A DNA stretch of 64,000 nt from an uncultured archaeon (GTDB taxonomy: Archaea > Asgardarchaeota > Thorarchaeia > Thorarchaeales > Thorarchaeaceae), in NCBI GenBank assembly GCA_964610875.1, contig CAZSWP010000002.1, forward strand, positions 1-64,000, written 5' to 3'. Position 1 is the first letter of the stretch. Each line of letters begins with the position of its first letter. The notes under the pieces are model-generated. The model searched no databases and was not told where the DNA came from. It worked only from the letters and a program-made list of their open reading frames with translations. The position numbers and the translations under genes are program-made. Below are positions 49,047-58,933 of the stretch, one piece after another.

Positions 49047-49859
49047 ATGTCAGACTCCATTGTATTTACAGAGGGAAGACCTCTGATAATGGGACATCGA
49101 GGAGACCCTGGTGTAGCACCTGAGAATACAATTCAATCCATGAAAAGCGCAGTGGAAGCTGGTGTTGATTTTTTAGAGACAGATGTTCGCATTACTAAAG
49201 ATGACCGACTCGTTCTCTTTCATGATGATGGTCTTCAGAGGACCACTGGCACTGAGGGAATCGTGAGAGAAAAGACATTAGATGAATTACTGAATTTGGA
49301 TATAGGATACGGACTGAGTCCAGACCAAGGAGAGTCATTTCCATTCCGAGGAAAGGAATACAAAATCACTTTACTCGGTGATGCGCTTGAAACCTTTGCA
49401 GATACAGGATTTAATCTGGATATGAAAAGTGAAGAGAAGCATGTACCACAACTATTAGCGGATCTTATCAAAACACATCAGAGAGAGGATTCAGTTATAG
49501 TTGGATCATTTCATGATCAACAGATTCATACCTTCAGAAGACTGATGCCAGAAACAGCAACTGCTGCTTGCCCCGCAGAAGTCACCAAGTTTGTATTTGC
49601 TCTGAAAATGCGTGTAATAGGGCTCTTCTCAAAAAGATGTAAATATGAAGCATTCCAAATCCCACGAAAATATGGAAGAATAAATATTGTGGATGAGAGA
49701 TTCATCAAAGCATCGCATGAGCGTAACATTGCCATTCATGTGTGGACAATCAATGAAAGGGATGAAATGCTGGAACTTATAGAACTCGGCGTTGATGGAA
49801 TCTTTACTGATGACCCAAGTCTGCTTCGGAGTGTTCTGAAAGAACAAGGACTACTCTAA
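49047..49859 (+). CDS. Glycerophosphodiester phosphodiesterase
   Basis: GHRG, PENT, ETDVRITKD..LFHD, VWTINE, GVDGIFTD; start ATG 49047 inferred. Confidence 0.9.
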   Translation: MSDSIVFTEGRPLIMGHRGDPGVAPENTIQSMKSAVEAGVDFLETDVRITKDDRLVLFHDDGLQRTTGTEGIVREKTLDELLNLDIGYGLSPDQGESFPFRGKEYKITLLGDALETFADTGFNLDMKSEEKHVPQLLADLIKTHQREDSVIVGSFHDQQIHTFRRLMPETATAACPAEVTKFVFALKMRVIGLFSKRCKYEAFQIPRKYGRINIVDERFIKASHERNIAIHVWTINERDEMLELIELGVDGIFTDDPSLLRSVLKEQGLL

Positions 49860-49993
49860 ACTATTGTTTGTCATATCTAAGGGCACGCGAAATAGCTTAA
49901 TATGCTACTTTCAAGAAGGCGAATTGTAGAGCCGTTCTTTGCTGATTACGGCAGAAAGAGGCTTGACCGTAGACCAATGTGGAGAAAACAACT

Positions 49994-50131
49994 ATGACAT
50001 GTCCCGAATTCAATGCTGAAGAAAACAAATGCGGTGTTGACGGATTCAAGTTTTACGAGGGTATGAACAAGCCCTGTGATACTCCAGGTATGAACAAGGA
50101 CAAATGTCCTCGTTTTGCCATGAGTGGCTAA
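49994..50131 (+). CDS. Cys-rich microprotein (45 aa), absent from ORF track
   Basis: MTCPEFNAEENKCGVDGFKFYEGMNKPCDTPGMNKDKCPRFAMSG*; SD GTGGAG, upstream BRE/TATA-like CGAAATAGCTTAATA, downstream hairpin. Confidence 0.65.
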   Translation: MTCPEFNAEENKCGVDGFKFYEGMNKPCDTPGMNKDKCPRFAMSG

Positions 50132-50160
50132 AAGCTAGAGTCCCCCGTATTTTATGACCC

Positions 50161-50206
50161 AGTAGACTGAGTAAGACGCGTGTTTTTCCGCGTCTCTCAG
50201 TCAACT
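50161..50206 (+). terminator. Long hairpin 3' of the microprotein gene
   Basis: GACTGAG-ta-AGACGCG / CGCGTCT-CTCAGTC 14-bp stem with a 2-nt bulge. Confidence 0.45.
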
Positions 50207-50411
50207 TATTGTGAAGAGTCATCTACTGAGAATTTTTAGATAATATTCATCATTTACGGTATGTAGTCATGCCTGTAACCTATCCAATTCACTATACCAT
50301 AAGAGATGATTTGAAGAGCATTCAGTGATAAAGAGCCATATTATCAAAAAGCAGTAAGAGTTATCAACACTGACTCATCTGAACGCAAATCATAACTGGT
50401 GGAAATATACA

Positions 50412-50678
50412 ATGGTCAAGGCCTATGTTCTGATCAAGACTGAGAGTGGTAAAGAAGATCACGTACTACGTGAATTACTCGAACTGACAGTTACCGAAGA
50501 AGCCCACAAGGTCTTTGGCCCCTTCGATATAATCGCAGAGGTTAGAGGACGAGACATGGAATCCTTAGTTGAGATAATAACTGGGAAAATACGACGAATT
50601 GAAGGCACCACTGATACACAGTCACTGATGGCAATTGATGTTGAGATTGATATGGTATCTTCTAGTCTCGCTAGCTGA
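50412..50678 (+). CDS. Lrp/AsnC ligand-binding (RAM) domain protein
   Basis: KAYVLI, VFGPFDIIAEV, IRRIEG..DTQSL; no HTH. Confidence 0.85.
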   Translation: MVKAYVLIKTESGKEDHVLRELLELTVTEEAHKVFGPFDIIAEVRGRDMESLVEIITGKIRRIEGTTDTQSLMAIDVEIDMVSSSLAS

Positions 50679-50750
50679 CAAGCAAAAATCGGTCTTACAG
50701 ATATATAGTTCGTCCAAATTACAGTTAATAGGAAGCAGAAAGACTTCCAT

Positions 50751-51611
50751 TTGGAACCAAACCCAAAGGAGGATACCGGGATTCCAGTAAAAACTCTTTC
50801 AAGAAAGCCATTTCTATTAATGCTACAAGACGATTCAGGCGAACTATCTCACGTGAAACTGGATCCAAGTTTGATTAGCAGTGACAATGCTATCATTGTG
50901 CTCGATGAGTATAATGACACAACCTGGGTATGGATAGGGCGCGATGTCAACATGCCCACAAGAATGCATGCCCTGAGAATGGGTAGAAGTGTTCAGAAAT
51001 CAGGATACAAGGTGGGAGTGACAACTATCGGTATGGCACTTGACAATTATGTTGAGATGCTTGAAAAGAACGATAGTGACTCAGATGCCATCGCTCGTTT
51101 CAGAGAGGTGGTCGGTGCAAAATACAAGTTTGATGATGGCGTGCTAGCATATGATGAATCAAAAGCAAAAGAATGGGAGGCTGAAAGCCCTCAGATTGTG
51201 GATTCACGAGACGCAGTTGAACCTTCTTCAACACCGCAACCACCGCCAAGTCCGAAACCTGAAACTCCAAAAACAAAGCCTGTAGAAGTTGTTGCTGAAA
51301 CAGTGGAAACGACTCCTACTCCGGCTGCAAAGCCATCTGCAGTCAGCACCGGGGTTGAACCAGAAATACCTCGTGCAGATAAGAAAACAGCCTACCTGAT
51401 TTATTCAGCTGTCAAAAATGCAGACCTTGTCTATACAGAGCGATTTGAACGCAGTGGAAAATCTGGAGTTAAAATTGAAGCTCCTGGTGTGATGATGATT
51501 GAAGTCATACAGGATGGAGATAATCTCACTATAGAACCACCAGATTTTGGGAACACTGAAACCGCCACAAAGATTCGTAATGAGTACAACTCTTGGATCA
51601 AGAAATTATAA
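50751..51611 (+). CDS. Gelsolin-like domain + Pro-rich linker + C-terminal domain (1DGelX-type)
   Basis: ISSDNAIIVLDE...TWVWIGRDVN..RMHA; PQPPPSPKPETP linker; compact C-terminal domain. Confidence 0.7.
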   Translation: MEPNPKEDTGIPVKTLSRKPFLLMLQDDSGELSHVKLDPSLISSDNAIIVLDEYNDTTWVWIGRDVNMPTRMHALRMGRSVQKSGYKVGVTTIGMALDNYVEMLEKNDSDSDAIARFREVVGAKYKFDDGVLAYDESKAKEWEAESPQIVDSRDAVEPSSTPQPPPSPKPETPKTKPVEVVAETVETTPTPAAKPSAVSTGVEPEIPRADKKTAYLIYSAVKNADLVYTERFERSGKSGVKIEAPGVMMIEVIQDGDNLTIEPPDFGNTETATKIRNEYNSWIKKL

Positions 51612-51646
51612 TCCACGTGATATAGAATACAACCAATACGACTTTA

Positions 51647-51691
51647 GATGGGGTTCTTAGTAGCCCCATCATTAGTCATTTTTCATTCTTT
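51647..51691 (+). terminator. Hairpin plus T-rich tract
   Basis: GATGGGGTT(51647-55)/AGCCCCATC(51662-70) followed by CATTTTTCATTCTTT. Confidence 0.55.
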
Positions 51692-52445
51692 ATTCCAAGT
51701 CACGATACCAGTATTTGTATGCAGTATTGAAGCCCAATTCTTTATACATTGCTATGGCTGCTTCATTGTTCCATGAAACTTGCAAATAGGCAAGCTGGGC
51801 ACCTTGTTCAATGCCCCACCTGAGTAACTCTGCTGTTATTGAAGAACCAAACCCAATTCTCCTATATTCGTGGTCTATATTGATATTGAAAAGACCAACC
51901 CACTTGCCACTTTGGATTGCCTGTCCTACACCAACAATTCTTTCATCTTCTAATCCTGAAACAAACATCTTGTTCAGAGTGGTGCGTGTCATCAGCCCTT
52001 CTCTGATTTTACGCTGATTAGGATTATATCCCGAGCCTCGGAAGAAAGTTTTGAACCACTCATCGTTCGGGGCATGTAATCTTCTTACAGCATTCCCTCT
52101 ATCTGAAAAATCGAAGTTTCCAATCTCCATAATCTGAACAAAGACTTGCAATCCAATCTTATACCCCCTATTTTGAAGCGTTCTATCCAGACCCCTTGGC
52201 ATTGAAGCTTCACTAACTTGAAACTGGGGAGTAATACCAAGTTCTTTGTAAAACTCCTCAGCTTTTCGAATAGCTTCTTTCAGAGAGTAAGGAAATGGCG
52301 AATGTATAGTATGTACACTATTTGCTCTTCTAGTAACCCCATTATCAGCTCGTAGACACCAACCTCCGAGTGGCATCTTAATTGATGCAACCCAGGATTC
52401 ATGTCCCATTTGCTCAAGGGTCTGTATGAGAGAGATATCTGTCAA
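51690..52445 (-). CDS. GNAT family N-acetyltransferase
   Basis: GVTRRANSV, YRRIGFG, YLQV..NEAAIAMYKELGF. Confidence 0.85.
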   Translation of the reverse strand: MTDISLIQTLEQMGHESWVASIKMPLGGWCLRADNGVTRRANSVHTIHSPFPYSLKEAIRKAEEFYKELGITPQFQVSEASMPRGLDRTLQNRGYKIGLQVFVQIMEIGNFDFSDRGNAVRRLHAPNDEWFKTFFRGSGYNPNQRKIREGLMTRTTLNKMFVSGLEDERIVGVGQAIQSGKWVGLFNINIDHEYRRIGFGSSITAELLRWGIEQGAQLAYLQVSWNNEAAIAMYKELGFNTAYKYWYRDLE

Positions 52446-52549
52446 ATCTTATGAGAAGTATAATCGGCATCTAAAAAATAAAGAGCATATGGCAATTACA
52501 TCACCTTAATCAAAGGGAAGCAAGTACCAAAGGCCAAGGTGATAAATCG

Positions 52550-53491
52550 ATGGGAGAACTCAGATGGAATGCAATGATGGGAGAATGGATTATTGTAACT
52601 CCAAAGCGTGCCGATCGACCTTTTCAAGACAGAGAGAGGCTTTGTCCATTTTGTCCAGGGCAGCCAGAAACTGAGGGAGAATGGGATGTCCTGTCTTTGG
52701 ACAACAAGTATGCAGCAGTACAGCCAGAAGAGCATCCCATGGATCTTGAGGAGCCATTGATTGTGGGAGCACCTGGTCATGGGTACTGTAAAGTGATTAT
52801 CCATTCTCGCGACCATGAGATGCAATTTGAGCGGATGCACCCCAACCAAGCAACACTTGTTTTTCAAGAGTATGCCAGAGTGTTTCAAGAATTAGATGAA
52901 AAACAGGGTATCAAATATGTGATGCAGTTCGAAAATAGAGGAAAAGCTATTGGAGTCAGTATAAATCATCCACACAGTCAAGTGTATGCATTACCATTTG
53001 TTCCACCGAGAATTGAGAGGGAGCTTCACCAATTCCAGGATTATTTTAAGAGATTTGATACCTGTCTCGTCTGTGAAACTATAGAGAATGAAAGCAAATC
53101 CAAGGAGAGAATAATCAAGGAGAGTCAAAATTTCATAACTATACTTCCATATGCCGCACGATTGCCATATGAAGTACATATCTACCCCAAGTGCCATGTG
53201 CAGTCTTTACCTCAACTAGGAGAGAAGCTGGAGGAGATGGGAGAAATGGTGATAGATATTACAAAACGCTATGCTGCAGTATTTGATGAGATGGCATACG
53301 TGATGGCATTGCATACACGCCCTTCCAAAGGAAATCATGATTATTGGCATTTCCATGTTGAGTTCTATCCACCCTGGCGAGACAGTTCAAGAAGAAAATA
53401 TCTTGCAGGAATTGAAACAGGTGCTGGTACCTTTACGAACGACTCAACACCTGAAGAAAAAGCGAAGGAGCTAAGGGAGGCTCTTGATTAG
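52550..53491 (+). CDS. galT: Galactose-1-phosphate uridylyltransferase
   Basis: RADRP, CPFCPG, FENRG, HPHSQ catalytic motif. Confidence 0.92.
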   Translation: MGELRWNAMMGEWIIVTPKRADRPFQDRERLCPFCPGQPETEGEWDVLSLDNKYAAVQPEEHPMDLEEPLIVGAPGHGYCKVIIHSRDHEMQFERMHPNQATLVFQEYARVFQELDEKQGIKYVMQFENRGKAIGVSINHPHSQVYALPFVPPRIERELHQFQDYFKRFDTCLVCETIENESKSKERIIKESQNFITILPYAARLPYEVHIYPKCHVQSLPQLGEKLEEMGEMVIDITKRYAAVFDEMAYVMALHTRPSKGNHDYWHFHVEFYPPWRDSSRRKYLAGIETGAGTFTNDSTPEEKAKELREALD

Positions 53492-54654
53492 TGCAGATAC
53501 CAAAAGCATTGGATGAAACATATGAACATCTGAAGAAAACAACAAATGAGTCTATCTTTCTTTCAAGAGCACCAGGACGAGTTGAAATCCTTGGAAATCA
53601 TACGGACTACAATGGAGGATTGGTTCTTGCAACAACTATTGATAGATATGTGTGGACATTAGGTCATCCCTCATCTTATGTCACTCTTTATTCAATGAAT
53701 TACAATAAAGGGGTCAGTTTTCAGCCCAATGTCATAAGTCCCTTTACTTCAATCGATTGGACAGCGTACTTGAGGGGAGTATATTGGGCCTTCAAATCAA
53801 AGGACTATAAGGTAAAAGGAATTACAGGCGCAGTATATGGCGATGTTCCAAGAGGTGGTGGCCTAAGTTCTTCAGCCGCATATGAGGTTTCCCTAGTGAA
53901 TTTGATTGCTGAAATAAGTGAATTAGACCTTCAACCTGAAGAACTAGCTGCTATCGCGTACAAAGCAGAGAGGGAATACTGCGGTGTATCATGTGGGATA
54001 ATGGACCAGTACACTTCTCAGCTAGGAAAACCGGATTCATTATTGATGATAGATTGTGCATCCCTGCGGACGGACTCACACAAGGTCTCCGAAATGAGAA
54101 AATTTGTTATTATCGACTCTAAAATTTCAAGAGCCGCAGGACATGCATTGAATACTCGAAGATCTGAATGTGATAGAGCACTAAAGATACTCAACACGAA
54201 GGGCTGGTCAATCGCCAACCTCAGTGAGATAGAGCTTGACGATTTAGAGAAAATCGAAACGAATCTCAGTAATCCGCTTTCGAAAAGAGTTCGTCATGTG
54301 ATTCAAGAGAATAAGAGAGTCGAAGAAGGAATAATTGCACTAGGACAAAACGATTTTGATTCTTTTGGAGAGATAATGACCCAGTCACATAGAAGTTCAA
54401 GAGACCTCTACGAGGTGTCACATCCCAACTTAGATCTTCTTGTGGACCTCTCCCTTGAAATCCCTGGAGTGAAAGGTGCTAGACTCACAGGAGCAGGTTT
54501 TGGAGGAGCAATAGTTGCATTGGTGGATGTTGAATACATTGAGGAATATGCCACTCAAATTGAGCGGGAGTATTATGAGAGAACAGACTTACACCCGCAG
54601 GTCTACACATTCTCAATACCAGGTGGTGTAAAGGTAGAACAGATTTCTCAATAA
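53491..54654 (+). CDS. galK: Galactokinase (GHMP kinase)
   Basis: GRVEILGNHTDYNGG, PRGGGLSSSAA, GIMDQ, GAGFGG. Confidence 0.88.
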   Translation: MQIPKALDETYEHLKKTTNESIFLSRAPGRVEILGNHTDYNGGLVLATTIDRYVWTLGHPSSYVTLYSMNYNKGVSFQPNVISPFTSIDWTAYLRGVYWAFKSKDYKVKGITGAVYGDVPRGGGLSSSAAYEVSLVNLIAEISELDLQPEELAAIAYKAEREYCGVSCGIMDQYTSQLGKPDSLLMIDCASLRTDSHKVSEMRKFVIIDSKISRAAGHALNTRRSECDRALKILNTKGWSIANLSEIELDDLEKIETNLSNPLSKRVRHVIQENKRVEEGIIALGQNDFDSFGEIMTQSHRSSRDLYEVSHPNLDLLVDLSLEIPGVKGARLTGAGFGGAIVALVDVEYIEEYATQIEREYYERTDLHPQVYTFSIPGGVKVEQISQ

Positions 54655-54721
54655 TCCAATAGAGATTTTATCAGGTAGTACACATCCGATAACTGCATTC
54701 TATGAATAGGAGAGTAATTCC

Positions 54722-57652
54722 ATGTCTGAAAAGAAACCCAAAGGAATCGTGATTAGTGAAACGCACTGGGACCGTGCATGGTACTTGACATTCCAACAAT
54801 TTAGATTGAAATTAGTAAAACTCACAGATAAGCTTCTGAATATTCTAGAGAATGACCCTGCGTTTACGCACTATACATTCGATGGACAGACAGTAGTTCT
54901 TGAGGATTATCTTGAAGTAAAACCAGAGAACGAAGAAAGAATTAGAAAATTAGTAAAAAACTCCAGGATTCACATAGGTCCCTGGTATGTGCTCCCAGAC
55001 GAGTTTCTTGTATCAGGAGAAGCTTTGATCAGAAATCTATTGATAGGACGTGGTATTGCAGAACTGTTCGGAGAATGCATGGATGTCGGATACATTCCAG
55101 ATCCATTTGGTCATGTTAGTCAAATACCACAGATACTCAATCAATTCAATTACGATTCTGTGATTTTTGCAAGAGGTATGGGAGAAGAAGCAGAGGAGTT
55201 GGGGTCTGAGTTCATCTGGAAAGCATCTGATGGCAGTAGCATTTTTGCACATTGGCTACCTCAGTCATATGGTAATATTGCATCACTTCCAGAAGATGTG
55301 GATGATGCGGTTTCCGTAATTGAAGAGATGATAGGTAAGCTTGAACCTTGGTCGAAGACAGATGTTCTCTTGTTAATGAATGGTTCAGATCATCTTGAAC
55401 CTCAGAAACACATTCCAAAGGTAGTGGAAACCTACAATGAACAGCATGAGAGATATATCAAAATAGGAACGCTTCAGGAATTCGTAGAGTATATTCGGAC
55501 AATGAAAGGAGAGCTTAAAGAATACTCTGGAGAGTTTAGAGAACCACGGTTTCAGAATCTTCTATCGGGAGTATATTCAGCAAGAATCTATCTCAAACAG
55601 GCCAATGAATATTCTCAAAGATATCTTGAACGAATGGTAGAACCTTGGTGCACTGCCGCATTGGCATTGGGTGCAGCTTATCCTGCTCATGAATTGCGTA
55701 TGGCTTGGAAATATCTGATAAAGAATCATCCACACGATGATATCTGCGGATGCAGTATTGATCAAGTCCACGATGACATGATGCAGAGATTCAGATGGGT
55801 AGATGAGATTGCTGATGCCTTGTTAGATGAAGCACTGGACTCGGTCCTCTCAGAACTTCAAAACAGTAAACCATCAATTGTAGTATCCAATGCAACACCT
55901 CACACACGTTCAGGAATAGCAGAGATTGAACTAGCTGTTTCAAACATACGTTTTACCAGACTAGGTCAAATTCGTCTCAAAGACCCAGATTATAAAGCAG
56001 ACAATCCATTAGATGCTGCAAGGAATGAAGCACATGTCGCTTACATAAGGACCCACGGATTTGATTTGCCTCCAAATGCGACTAGAGAAATCAAGATGAA
56101 TGGTGAAACGCTCACAGAGTTCGAGTTTGATTTCACAGGACTAGCAATGCTGTTTCCAGAATTAAAGGATTCACTTCGACACCTATCAACGGTGTATAGA
56201 ATCCGAGTAAACTCAAACAATAGAGTAGTAGAGGTATTTGCAAGGAAATATGATGCTTCAGATAAGATGAGAGGCGTTCCAGTCCTATTTGATTCCGAGG
56301 GAAATCAGATTCCAACACAAGTACTAGGATTTTCTGTCATGAAAGATGAGAAGTCACACTTGATCGCAGATCAAGAAGAATTCATCAGGTTGGCAATCAG
56401 TGCGCAAGATGTTCCAGCGCTGGGTATGAAACGTTACAACGTTGATCTCAGAGAACAATCAGATGACGATGTAAATCCAGAAGATGTAGTAAATTGTACT
56501 GAAGAAATCCTGGAAAATGAGTTTGTTATGCTCAGACTTCAAGAAGATAGCAGAATCTCTTTGACCGATAAACGTAATGGAGAGGTCTATAATAACCTGC
56601 TTGAGTTTGAAGATACTGCAGATGTTGGTGATGAGTATGATTATTCACCAGCACATATTCCCGTTGATATAAGATCTGCCGGACAAGAAGTTGCACTGGA
56701 AGTAATTCATGAAGGACCAATTATTGGTTCTTGGTTGCTATCAGGTGCTCTCGAATTACCTATCGCAGCAACAACGGATGATTTGACTAGAGAACAGATG
56801 ACTGAGATTTGTGATTATGTGATGGAAGTCACTCTCATGTCAGGGTCTCCTACTGTCTATGTCACCATTCTGTTTGACAATAGGGCACTTGACCATCGTC
56901 TTAGGGTTTTATGCCCAACTGGTACAAAGACAGAAACTTGTAAAGCAGATAGTACATTTGACATAATCGAGAGGCCTGTACGACCGAAACCTCACGATGA
57001 TTGGGTTCAACCAGTTGTTCCAACATATCCACTCAGAAGCTTTGTCACAGTTCAGGATGAAAAGCGAGGTTTGATGCTTACAACAGAAGGTCTGCTTGAA
57101 TTCGAGATACTCAAAGAACAAGGAAATACTATTGCACTCACATTGCTAAGAGCAGTGGGTTGGTTATCGAAGATTGGATTGAAGACTAGACGGGATGCCG
57201 CAGGACCTGTGTTGGAAACTCCAGGTGCGCAATGCTTAGGCACAAATATCGCGGAATTCGCAATTACACCTTTGGTGGGTGATAGTACACTCGAAGATAC
57301 CTTGAACCACTCAGAAAACTACCTGATCCCATTAGACGGTCACTTTCTACCGGCATCTGATACTAAAGAGGGCGTTTCAGAAATTGGACTAATTGAAATT
57401 ATACCATCACTCATACAATTATCTGCCTTCAAGCAATCAGAAGACGAAAAATGTATCATCCTGCGTTTCTGGAACTCATCACAAGAAACTCAGAAATGTA
57501 AAGTGAAACTGGGATTCTCTGTAAACAAAGTAACATCCTCAAGGATGGATGAAGAAGAGACTGATTGGTACAGTATCAAAAAAGTTGGCGGCAATGAATT
57601 CGAATTCGATATCACAGGTCGCCATGTGGCGACACTCCGATTATACAAGTGA
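54722..57652 (+). CDS. Glycoside hydrolase family 38 alpha-mannosidase (mannosylglycerate hydrolase-like)
   Basis: ETHWDRAWY, DGQT, GPWYVLPDEFL, PDPFGH, NGSDH, HPHDDICGCSID, TLLRAVG. Confidence 0.9.
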   Translation: MSEKKPKGIVISETHWDRAWYLTFQQFRLKLVKLTDKLLNILENDPAFTHYTFDGQTVVLEDYLEVKPENEERIRKLVKNSRIHIGPWYVLPDEFLVSGEALIRNLLIGRGIAELFGECMDVGYIPDPFGHVSQIPQILNQFNYDSVIFARGMGEEAEELGSEFIWKASDGSSIFAHWLPQSYGNIASLPEDVDDAVSVIEEMIGKLEPWSKTDVLLLMNGSDHLEPQKHIPKVVETYNEQHERYIKIGTLQEFVEYIRTMKGELKEYSGEFREPRFQNLLSGVYSARIYLKQANEYSQRYLERMVEPWCTAALALGAAYPAHELRMAWKYLIKNHPHDDICGCSIDQVHDDMMQRFRWVDEIADALLDEALDSVLSELQNSKPSIVVSNATPHTRSGIAEIELAVSNIRFTRLGQIRLKDPDYKADNPLDAARNEAHVAYIRTHGFDLPPNATREIKMNGETLTEFEFDFTGLAMLFPELKDSLRHLSTVYRIRVNSNNRVVEVFARKYDASDKMRGVPVLFDSEGNQIPTQVLGFSVMKDEKSHLIADQEEFIRLAISAQDVPALGMKRYNVDLREQSDDDVNPEDVVNCTEEILENEFVMLRLQEDSRISLTDKRNGEVYNNLLEFEDTADVGDEYDYSPAHIPVDIRSAGQEVALEVIHEGPIIGSWLLSGALELPIAATTDDLTREQMTEICDYVMEVTLMSGSPTVYVTILFDNRALDHRLRVLCPTGTKTETCKADSTFDIIERPVRPKPHDDWVQPVVPTYPLRSFVTVQDEKRGLMLTTEGLLEFEILKEQGNTIALTLLRAVGWLSKIGLKTRRDAAGPVLETPGAQCLGTNIAEFAITPLVGDSTLEDTLNHSENYLIPLDGHFLPASDTKEGVSEIGLIEIIPSLIQLSAFKQSEDEKCIILRFWNSSQETQKCKVKLGFSVNKVTSSRMDEEETDWYSIKKVGGNEFEFDITGRHVATLRLYK

Positions 57653-57664
57653 CTTGGAAGATGC

Positions 57665-58393
57665 GTGATGAATACTGATTCGATTGAACAAATAGTAATT
57701 GATCATGCACCAATTCTACATTTTCATCCAAATGAGGGACAATTCTGCTGCTATCCTAGTGATGCAGAAGAGGTCTTCGATAAATACTCAGAAAGATGGG
57801 AAGAATTCATAATTGATATGACGCCAAATGATCTGAATCCTGATACTCCAGTCTATTATGAATATTGGAATGACCTGGGCTTTCACCAGATACGATATTG
57901 GTTCTGGTATAAATATAACAGATTCCCAGGTGCGAAGTTCGGTCTCGGTGAACATCTAGGAGACTGGGAACATGTTGAAGTCAGGATATTTGAAAAACAT
58001 GAGAAGCAACCCAAGGTTGTTGTCTGGCTTGTTTCAAATCACCTAGAGTTTCGTATTGCATCCTCACCCAATGAGTTCACACTCAAGGACTATGAAACAA
58101 AGAACCCAATTCTGACAGGAACACAACTCAATACTTGGGTAGCACTGGGATCTCACGCGCATTATCTTGCACCAGATGATGAACCATACTGTGTCTTGAA
58201 GATACTGTGTGATCGATTTTCTGATGGTGGAGAGGTATGGAACACCAGAAATTCACTCATTCCTCTCTCATCGACTAACTTCTATAATTACACTGGTCGT
58301 TGGGGAGACAAGAAAGCACCAAGAAGTCCAACTAACGAGTACAACAACAGATGGCGAAATATTCCTGCTCTAGCGGTCAGACAGAGACTCTAG
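57665..58393 (+). CDS. Vps62-like protein
   Basis: APILHFHPNE, YWFWYKYN, GEHLGDWEHV, GSHAHY, YTGRWG. Confidence 0.75.
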   Translation: MMNTDSIEQIVIDHAPILHFHPNEGQFCCYPSDAEEVFDKYSERWEEFIIDMTPNDLNPDTPVYYEYWNDLGFHQIRYWFWYKYNRFPGAKFGLGEHLGDWEHVEVRIFEKHEKQPKVVVWLVSNHLEFRIASSPNEFTLKDYETKNPILTGTQLNTWVALGSHAHYLAPDDEPYCVLKILCDRFSDGGEVWNTRNSLIPLSSTNFYNYTGRWGDKKAPRSPTNEYNNRWRNIPALAVRQRL

Positions 58394-58473
58394 TCAGATA
58401 CTTGATGTACTAGTATGTGCATCTATGTACTATATTGCACAATGTTTATAAAAGACCGTCATTGTTCACGCTC

Positions 58474-58700
58474 AACCACTTCCGAGGAAGATTATACAAG
58501 ACAACAAGTCTGTTACAGTGGATTTGCGTTTCTCTTACCTCATTCAAGCGAAGAAGGAGAGAGGGTACCTGTATAATCACCTATCCTCAGCGAATGTACA
58601 TCTTAGCATGGGATTCTGGCGCGTTTCTGAACCAGTTTTGAAAAAGCAGTGGCTTGCTTTCCAAATCCAGCTTGCCTCGGGAGTGGTTCTATTTTCTTTA
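58474..58700 (+). ncRNA. Structured RNA copy 1 upstream of the his operon
   Basis: TATA TTTATAAAA 58445-53; 14-bp closing stem 58474-87/58675-88; internal 9-bp stem 58490-98/58570-78; T-tract 58689-58700; motifs shared with copy 2. Confidence 0.6.
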
Positions 58701-58756
58701 TCGGGATGTACATATTTGAGCAGTAATGTTTAAATGCGGACGTCAAAGGAACACCT

Positions 58757-58933
58757 TGAGAGGAATAACAGTGAGGTCTTGCGTTCATCCGAGGCGATTG
58801 TCTTCATTGAAGTCCAGAAGGACATAGACACATCGGGAGAAACACAGGCAGAGATTCCTCCGAATTCTGATTTCTTGAATAGGCTTTTCTTTGTTAGAGA
58901 TGACTCCGTTCGAGAAACATATGGTTCCTCTCA
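58757..58933 (+). ncRNA. Structured RNA copy 2 / hisG 5' leader
   Basis: TATA TTTAAAT 58729-35; closing stem TGAGAGGAA 58757-65/TTCCTCTCA 58925-33; alternative partner ATTCCTC 58854-60; motifs shared with copy 1. Confidence 0.6.

Noticed and set aside
50150-50215. Eukaryote-like SECIS (ATGA...AA...GA)
   Set aside because: Spacing and pairing next to the core do not fit, and the upstream ORF has no in-frame TGA
58474-58700. RNase P or SRP RNA
   Set aside because: GAGGAA is present but there is no P4 partner or other conserved regions; no SRP helix-8 motif; a second homologous copy follows
58417-58733. His-rich attenuator leader peptide (short ORFs 58417-58641, 58518-58733)
   Set aside because: No run of His codons and no convincing SD; the ORFs overlap RNA stems
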